64,000 nucleotides of DNA. Source: an uncultured Clostridia bacterium (lineage in GTDB: Bacteria > Bacillota > Clostridia > TANB77 > CAG-508). A model generated the notes under the pieces. That model did no database searches. It saw only the letters and a program-made list of their open reading frames with translations, and was not told where the DNA came from. Positions 58,438 to 64,000 of this stretch are shown one piece after another. Within the stretch, counting starts at the first letter, position 1. Every line of letters begins with the position of its first letter. Location of the stretch: contig CAKOXV010000006.1 in assembly GCA_934130355.1 (NCBI GenBank), positions 8,541 to 72,540 of the forward strand, read 5' to 3'. A program made the translations under genes and the position numbers.

Positions 58438-59649
58438 TTATATGTCTTTTAATTTAATTTTCTCCTCTGAATGTAATTTTCCTGCTCTTGTAATGCTATT
58501 ATAACCATATTTTTCTTTTAGGTTATCTATGACTTTATCTATTTTTTCTTGTTTTTGTTCATCTTCTTTTTCAAATAATGATAACTGTAATTCATTTTTT
58601 TCTACTAAGTTATCTACTCTCATTCCAATCAACCTTATTGGTGTTCCAACAACATACATTTCATGTAATAGTTCTTTTGCTTCTAAATATATATCTTTTG
58701 TACTTGAAGTTGCAACTTGTAGTTTTCTTTGATGAGTTTTATCTTCAAAATCTTTGTTTCTGAGTTGAACATTTACTACAGTAGCTAATAAATTATACTT
58801 TCTTAGTCTATATGTTACCTGTTCTGCTAGTGCTAGCAATGCTTCTTCTAATTCTTCAATATTACTTATATCTACTGGTAATGTTGTTGAATTTCCTATT
58901 CCTTTTGGTTTTTCATATTTATATTGTACTTCTGAATTGTCTATGCCATTTGCATATTCCCACATCATTACTCCATGTTTTCCAAATTTTTTCATAAGTA
59001 ATTGTTTACTTGTTTGTGCTAATTGACCTATTGTTTTTATTTTCATATTATATAATTTAGGTATTGTTTTTCTTCCTAGCATAAATAATTCTGAAACTGG
59101 TAATGGCCACATTTTTGATGGTATCTCTTCTTCAAACAGAGTATGTACTCTATCTGGTTTTGTAAAGTCTGATGCCATTTTTGCTAGTAATTTATTATGT
59201 GCTACTCCTACATTTACTGTAAATCCAAATTCGTTTTTAACTCTTCTATTTATTTCATAAGCTTTGTTTAGTAATGTATCTCCTAATAAGCAATCTGTCA
59301 TATCTAAGAAACATTCATCTATACTAAATCTTTCTATTTTATCTGTATATTGTAATAATAGTTGATATAATTTATTTGATTGTTCTTTATATAGTTTGTA
59401 ATTCATTGGATATACTTGCAATCCAGCACACTTCATTCTTGCTTGATACAAAGTTTCTCCTGTTGATATTCCAAATATTTTTGCTTTTGGACTTTTAGCT
59501 AATACTATTCCAGCTCTTCTACTTTCATCTCCTCCAATAACTGATGGAATTTCTCTTATGTCTAATTTGTTTCCTTTTTTTAACATATCAACTGCTGTCC
59601 AACTTAAAAATGCATTATTAACATCAACATGTAAAATTTGTTTTTCCAT
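58438..59649 (-). CDS. dinB: Y-family DNA polymerase (DinB/Pol IV-like)
   Basis: 403 aa with ILHVDVNNAFLS, FSIDECFLD and GVAHNKLLAKMAS motifs. Confidence 0.85.
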   Translation of the reverse strand: MEKQILHVDVNNAFLSWTAVDMLKKGNKLDIREIPSVIGGDESRRAGIVLAKSPKAKIFGISTGETLYQARMKCAGLQVYPMNYKLYKEQSNKLYQLLLQYTDKIERFSIDECFLDMTDCLLGDTLLNKAYEINRRVKNEFGFTVNVGVAHNKLLAKMASDFTKPDRVHTLFEEEIPSKMWPLPVSELFMLGRKTIPKLYNMKIKTIGQLAQTSKQLLMKKFGKHGVMMWEYANGIDNSEVQYKYEKPKGIGNSTTLPVDISNIEELEEALLALAEQVTYRLRKYNLLATVVNVQLRNKDFEDKTHQRKLQVATSSTKDIYLEAKELLHEMYVVGTPIRLIGMRVDNLVEKNELQLSLFEKEDEQKQEKIDKVIDNLKEKYGYNSITRAGKLHSEEKIKLKDI

Positions 59650-59669
59650 AATATCACCTAACTATTGCA

Positions 59670-59698
59670 ATAGTATCAAACAATTGTTCTTTTGTCAA
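59670..59698 (-). promoter_or_regulatory. SOS-type promoter of dinB with a LexA (Cheo) box in the spacer
   Basis: Minus strand: TTGACA (59698-59693), spacer AAAGAACAATTGTTTGA, then TACTAT (59675-59670). The spacer contains GAAC-AATT-GTTT, one mismatch from GAAC-N4-GTTC. Confidence 0.55.
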
Positions 59699-59705
59699 GC
59701 AAAAA

Positions 59706-59734
59706 TTGCATTTTTTGTAAATTTGTGTTATAAT
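59706..59734 (+). promoter_or_regulatory. sigmaA-type promoter (extended -10) of the Hfq-like gene
   Basis: TTGCAT (59706-59711), 17 nt spacer, TATAAT (59729-59734). The -10 is preceded by TGT. Confidence 0.45.
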
Positions 59735-59792
59735 ATATTTATGTTAAGCTTATATGGCTTACAAATTTATTAATAGAGAGGAAAATATCATC

Positions 59793-60014
59793 ATGTTGAA
59801 TCACAACTCTAACAGCATTTTACAGGATCTTCTACAAGGATCATTGGAGCGGAAAGTGAGAGTCATTTTCACAAATGGATTCCAGTTACGTGGGATCCTG
59901 AAGAAGTTTGACAGTACCCACCTGATGTTGGATTGCAGCAGGTATGCTGAATACAACACCGCTGTAATCGCTATTAACGCGATTGCAACTTTCGTCCCCG
60001 AAGAAACCAAATAA
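59793..60014 (+). CDS. divergent Hfq-like (Sm fold) protein, compositionally foreign
   Basis: MLNHNSNSILQDLLQGSLERKVRVIFTNGFQLRGILKKFDSTHLMLDC...AINAIATFVP aligns by eye with the Hfq Sm1 (LQD.FLN..R.E...V.I.L.NG.QL.G.I..FD) and Sm2 (..HAIST..P) regions. The ATG at 59793 has an upstream GAGAGG. The track ORF starts at 59754. Confidence 0.6.
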   Translation: MLNHNSNSILQDLLQGSLERKVRVIFTNGFQLRGILKKFDSTHLMLDCSRYAEYNTAVIAINAIATFVPEETK

Positions 60015-60023
60015 TCTCTATGT

Positions 60024-60058
60024 CCCCCCTCAGAAAATTCTGAGGGGGATTTCTTTTT
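60024..60058 (+). terminator. rho-independent terminator of the Hfq-like gene
   Basis: CCCCCTCAG-AAAATT-CTGAGGGGG followed by ATTTCTTTTT. Confidence 0.7.
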
Positions 60059-60225
60059 AGCAAGAAGAACAAAGCGACGTAGTCGCCCTTTGTTCTTGCC
60101 CGATTTGAGTTTTCGACTATAAGGAGAAAATCTCAAAGGGCTAGCGATTGTAGCTTTTATATACTAGGAAGTCCAGAGGACTTTCCTAGTATATAAAAAG
60201 AGACAAGCAAATGCTTGTCTCTTTA

Positions 60226-61773
60226 TTATTTTGCATAATCAACAACTCTTGTTTCTCTTATTATATTAACTTTAATTTGTCCTGGATAATCCATTTCATC
60301 TTCAATTCTCTTAGATACATCTCTTGCAAGTAATGTCATTTGATCATCTGTAATTTTTTCAGGTTTTACTATTATTCTAACTTCACGACCTGCTTGTATT
60401 GCAAATGATTTTTCTACTCCATCAAATGAGTCTGCAATTGCCTCTAAGTTTTCTAATCTTTTTATGTATGCTTCTAATGTTTCTCTTCTAGCACCTGGTC
60501 TTGATGCAGATATTGCATCTGCTGCTTGTACTAAAACAGCTTCTAATGTTTGTGGTTCTACATCACCATGATGTGCTTCAACCGCATTTATTACAAGTGG
60601 ATTTTCTTTAAACTTTTTAAGTATGTCTACTCCTATTTCAACATGCGTTCCTTCCATGTCATGGTCTAATGCTTTTCCAATATCATGTAATAATCCTGCT
60701 CTACGTGCTAATTTTTCATCTAATCCTAGCTCTTCTGCCATGATTCTTGCTAAATTTGAAACTTCTATAGAATGGTTTAATACATTTTGTCCATAACTTG
60801 TTCTGTATTTTAGTTTTCCTAATAATTTTATAAGTTCTGGATTTAGTCCAATTACTCCTGTTTCAAGTGCTGCTCTTTCTCCTTCAGATTTAATAGTTTC
60901 TAGTAATTCTTCTTTTGCTTTTTCTACCATTTCTTCTATTTTTGCTGGATGAATTCTTCCATCATCAATTAATTTTTCAAGTGCAATTCTTGCAACTTCT
61001 CTTCTTAATGGGTCAAATCCTGATAAGATTACAGCTTCTGGAGTATCATCTATTATTAAATCAATTCCAGTTAGTGTCTCTAATGCTTTTATGTTTCTTC
61101 CTTCTCTACCTATTATTCTTCCTTTAATATCATCTGATGGAAGTGGCACTATTGAAACTGTAGTTTCTGCTGAATGGTCTGCTGCACATTTTTGTATAGC
61201 ATAACTTATTGTTTCTCTTGCATTTTTTGCAGCTTCTTCTTTTGCTTTTTGGTCTAATTCTCTAATTAATGCTGCTTTTTCTGCTGATATGTCTTGCTCT
61301 ACTTTTTGTAACAATTGTACTTTTGCTTCTTCTTGACTTAGATTTGCAATTTTTTGAAGAACTGCCATTTGCTCCGCTTTTATTCCTTCTACTTCATCTT
61401 CTTTTTCTTGTAAAAGTTGTTCTTCATGTTCTAATTGTCTTTCCTTTTTTTCAAAATTATCTGCTCTTTTTTCTAAGTTTTCTTCTTTTTGGATAATTCT
61501 GCTTTCTTGTTTTTGAATTTCGCCTCTTCTTTCTTTAATCTCTTTGTCTAATTCATTTCTAGCACTCATAATTTCTTCTTTGGCTTTGAAAATTTCTTCC
61601 TTTTTTAAATTTTCTGCGTCTATTTTTGCTAGTTCTACTAATCTTTTAGCTTCTTGTTCTGCACCTTCAATTTTAGATTCAGCAATTTTTTTTCTAATTA
61701 TCATACCAAGTACGATTCCTATTGCTAATGAGATTAAGACAGCGGCGATTGTGATTATAGTTTCCATAATCAT
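60226..61773 (-). CDS. rny: ribonuclease Y
   Basis: 515 aa. N-terminal TM helix, coiled coil, KH domain ([12 protein letters not shown]), HD domain (LLHDIGKA). Confidence 0.93.
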   Translation of the reverse strand: MIMETIITIAAVLISLAIGIVLGMIIRKKIAESKIEGAEQEAKRLVELAKIDAENLKKEEIFKAKEEIMSARNELDKEIKERRGEIQKQESRIIQKEENLEKRADNFEKKERQLEHEEQLLQEKEDEVEGIKAEQMAVLQKIANLSQEEAKVQLLQKVEQDISAEKAALIRELDQKAKEEAAKNARETISYAIQKCAADHSAETTVSIVPLPSDDIKGRIIGREGRNIKALETLTGIDLIIDDTPEAVILSGFDPLRREVARIALEKLIDDGRIHPAKIEEMVEKAKEELLETIKSEGERAALETGVIGLNPELIKLLGKLKYRTSYGQNVLNHSIEVSNLARIMAEELGLDEKLARRAGLLHDIGKALDHDMEGTHVEIGVDILKKFKENPLVINAVEAHHGDVEPQTLEAVLVQAADAISASRPGARRETLEAYIKRLENLEAIADSFDGVEKSFAIQAGREVRIIVKPEKITDDQMTLLARDVSKRIEDEMDYPGQIKVNIIRETRVVDYAK

Positions 61774-61885
61774 GCACCTCTTTCTTATTTATTTTTCAAT
61801 GTTCGAATAAATATATCTTTTTTTATTTTTATTTTTATATATATTTTTTCAACCTATTATATTTTATAATTATTATTGTAAACTG

Positions 61886-62551
61886 TCAAGTAGTTTTGCT
61901 TATATTTTTACTCTTTAACATTTTATTATCAAATTCATTTAGCATTTTAGCACATCTAATTAACTCATTTGAAGCTTTTGAACTTATATCTTGTTCTGAC
62001 TTGTATTTTACTTTATGTTCAAAGCTAGCCCAAAAATCCATTGCAAGTGTTCTTATTTGTACTTCACACTTTACATAAACAATTTCTTGTGATAGTCTTA
62101 CTGGTACTTCAACTATTAAGTGATAACTAGAATATCCACTTTTTTTAGGTTTTGTAACATAATCTTTTTCATTTAATATATGAACATCAGGTATTTGTTT
62201 TATTAAATCTTTTATAAAAAATATGTCATCTTTTAATGTACATATTACTCTCATTCCTGCTATATCATTTATTTTTCTAATTAAATTTATATATGTTTTT
62301 TCATAATTTTTCTTTTCCATTTTCTTTATTATGCTTTTAGGTTCTTTAATCCTTGTATCTATATGATCAATTAAGTCATAATTATACATTATTTTGAATT
62401 CATCTTTTATAATATTCATTTGTGTATTTAATTGAATTAATGCTGATTTATAAAAAAACATGAGTTTATCAAATAATTCCTCTTTTACATCTAATGTTTG
62501 TTCTTTATTTGTCAAGAAATTTTCTACTATTGTTAAAGAATTTTCTTCCAT
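61886..62551 (-). CDS. small alarmone synthetase (RelQ/RelP-type GTP pyrophosphokinase)
   Basis: 221 aa with DIAGMRVIC, GYSSYHLIV and EVQIRTLAMDFWASFEHK. Confidence 0.85.
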   Translation of the reverse strand: MEENSLTIVENFLTNKEQTLDVKEELFDKLMFFYKSALIQLNTQMNIIKDEFKIMYNYDLIDHIDTRIKEPKSIIKKMEKKNYEKTYINLIRKINDIAGMRVICTLKDDIFFIKDLIKQIPDVHILNEKDYVTKPKKSGYSSYHLIVEVPVRLSQEIVYVKCEVQIRTLAMDFWASFEHKVKYKSEQDISSKASNELIRCAKMLNEFDNKMLKSKNISKTT

Positions 62552-62643
62552 ATCAAATTTCCTTTCTATTTTTTCTTCATTTTATATATACTTTGTTACC
62601 AAAATATTCTTTTTTTATGTTTTTTGTGTGAACATTACCAATT

Positions 62644-63017
62644 AATCCTGTAAATACAACACCGCACAAATGCTATGATAGACTCCTTGGGTCTGCATAT
62701 ATATATTAAAATAATGAAAAATTTTGTGCATCTAAACTTGAGTATAGAAAATCTTAAGTACCAAAAGAGGGATGTTCACGTCAAAAATGAATATATTACT
62801 ATTCCATGGCAAAAACATAGCTAGGGTCTTCGTCGGGGGTCTTTGCCTTATTCCATAGTAATATATTCATTTTGGGACTAAGTGAAAGAGGCTCGGGTTG
62901 TACTTTTAGATTTTATGCGAAAGTTTAGCTTGTCCAAAATTTGAAATGTTTTTAATATATATGTGCAGACCCAAGGAGGCTATTATAGCGTTTGTGCAGT
63001 GTTGTATTCACAGGATT
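62644..63017 (-). repeat. nested palindromic intergenic element, copy F (inverted orientation, ~54-bp unique outer arms)
   Basis: The reverse complements of the L and R blocks are present at 62909-62947 and 62718-62758. The inner module is rc-homologous to copy A. The outer arms AATCCTGTAAATACAACACCGCACAAATGCTATGATAGACTCCTTGGGTCTGCA and their inverse show 5 mismatches. Confidence 0.9.
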
Positions 63018-63116
63018 ATTAACAAGTAATAAATAAAGAAAATAAGTATAAAATAAATTGAATTTTGAATATTAATTTGATATAATCAAATTATATTTTA
63101 TTAAGGAGGTATTTTT

Positions 63117-63839
63117 ATGTCTACACCACATAATGAAGCAAATTTAGGAGAAATTGCAAAAACAGTCATTATGCCCGGAGATCCACTTCGTGCAAAATAT
63201 ATTGCTGAAAACTTTTTAGAAGATTATAAATTAGTTAATTCTGTCAGAGGAATGTATGCTTACACAGGTACTTACAAAGGAAAAACAATTACTATAATGG
63301 CATCTGGAATGGGAATGCCTAGTATGGGAATTTATTCTTATGAACTATACAAATTTTACAATGTTGAAAATATTATTCGTATTGGATCTTGTGGTTCTTA
63401 CAAGCCTGAACTAAAATTATTTGATATTGTGCTTTCTGAAAATGTCTTTTCTGAAAGTAATTTTGCCTTAACATTAAATAATGAAAATTGTCACACAGTA
63501 GAATCTAGTTCTTTATTAAATAATATAATTGTAAATACGGCAAAATCAACAAATACTAATATTTTTGTTGGAAACACAGTTTGTACTGATTGTTTTGATG
63601 TTTACATGAGTGATGTTGAACAATTTTTAAACAGAGTTCCTGAAGGATTTAATCCTGCAGCAGCTGAAATGGAAGCTTTTGCATTATTCTATGTTGCTAA
63701 ATTTCTAAACAAAAAAGCTGCATGTTTAATGAGCGTTGTAGATTCTAAATTCATTAAAGAAATTGCCACTCCTGAAGAACGTCAAACTGGTTTAAATAAT
63801 ATGATTAAATTAGCTCTTGATAGTAGCTTGAATATATAA
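63117..63839 (+). CDS. deoD: purine nucleoside phosphorylase, DeoD type
   Basis: 240 aa with MSTPHNEA..GEIAKTVIMPGDPLRAKYIAE, GMGMPSMGIYSYEL and AAEMEAFAL. Confidence 0.9.
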   Translation: MSTPHNEANLGEIAKTVIMPGDPLRAKYIAENFLEDYKLVNSVRGMYAYTGTYKGKTITIMASGMGMPSMGIYSYELYKFYNVENIIRIGSCGSYKPELKLFDIVLSENVFSESNFALTLNNENCHTVESSSLLNNIIVNTAKSTNTNIFVGNTVCTDCFDVYMSDVEQFLNRVPEGFNPAAAEMEAFALFYVAKFLNKKAACLMSVVDSKFIKEIATPEERQTGLNNMIKLALDSSLNI

Positions 63840-63876
63840 AAAAAGAAGGTGTACTTTTGAAGTACATCTTCTTCTT
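63838..63876. terminator. bidirectional terminator between deoD and argS
   Basis: GAAGGTGTACTT-TTG-AAGTACATCTTC hairpin (one G-T mismatch), flanked by A-runs on one side and T-runs on the other. Confidence 0.6.
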
Positions 63877-64000
63877 TTACATTTTGTCTGGCATATCTAT
63901 TCCAAGTAATTTTGCACCTATTTTTAAGACTTTGCCAGTAGCATAAGTTAAATAAATACGTGCATTTTGAATGTCTTTATCATCAACAATAATTTTATTT
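63876..64000 (-). CDS. argS: arginine--tRNA ligase, C-terminal end (partial; continues beyond the window)
   Basis: The minus strand reads ...KIIVDDKDIQNARIYLTYATGKVLKIGAKLLGIDMPDKM followed by stop. This is the characteristic ArgRS C-terminus ending in Met. Confidence 0.7.

Noticed and set aside
59801-60136. 111-aa minus-strand ORF overlapping the Hfq-like gene.
   Set aside because: It runs antisense through the Hfq-like ORF and across its terminator and the next hairpins. The product is Arg/Lys/Ser-rich and low in complexity, and there is no RBS. The plus-strand ORF has recognisable Sm motifs, a promoter and a terminator.
8561-63017. Could the repeated intergenic elements be a CRISPR array or rRNA/tRNA-related repeats?
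   Set aside because: The copies are 3-23 kb apart, 100-430 bp long, internally palindromic and occur in both orientations. There is no regular repeat-spacer periodicity, no cas genes, and no tRNA or rRNA signatures.

Overview
This is a low-GC window of about 64 kb from an endospore-forming Firmicute that looks Clostridia-like. Evidence for that: a complete spoIIIAA-AH operon, a GerA-type germinant receptor subunit, a cwlJ/sleB-like plus gerQ-like pair, rubrerythrin and pta-ackA. Almost all genes lie on the minus strand and most are housekeeping: dnaE, prfB with its programmed +1 frameshift, clpB behind a CIRCE operator, trxA/trxB, rny, dinB behind an SOS-type promoter, trmB, deoD, the argS 3' end, pfkA, aspartate kinase, 6S RNA and RNase P RNA. 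The main signal not explained by gene annotation is a family of long, layered (nested) palindromic intergenic repeats at six sites: 8561-8900, 22468-22900, 25688-25792, 28547-28848, 39695-40043 and 62644-63017. These share conserved polar L/R blocks, carry exchangeable inner hairpin modules, and have long outer inverted arms that differ at each locus. No transposase is visible in the window. Other points worth a second look: (1) three small orphan ORFs, visibly richer in G+C, each with a host-like promoter and a GC-rich terminator, one of which is a divergent Hfq-like Sm protein; (2) two apparent single-nucleotide frameshifts, in spoIIIAE and in an RluA-family pseudouridine synthase; (3) tandem diverged acetate kinase paralogs after pta; (4) an operon with a GT8/acyltransferase fusion; (5) a 1221-aa MMPL/RND-type transporter with an internal array of tandem ~70-aa repeats, next to a TetR gene with a perfect 16-bp palindromic operator. 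All calls come from reading the sequence and ORF translations by eye and from remembered family motifs. No database search was run.
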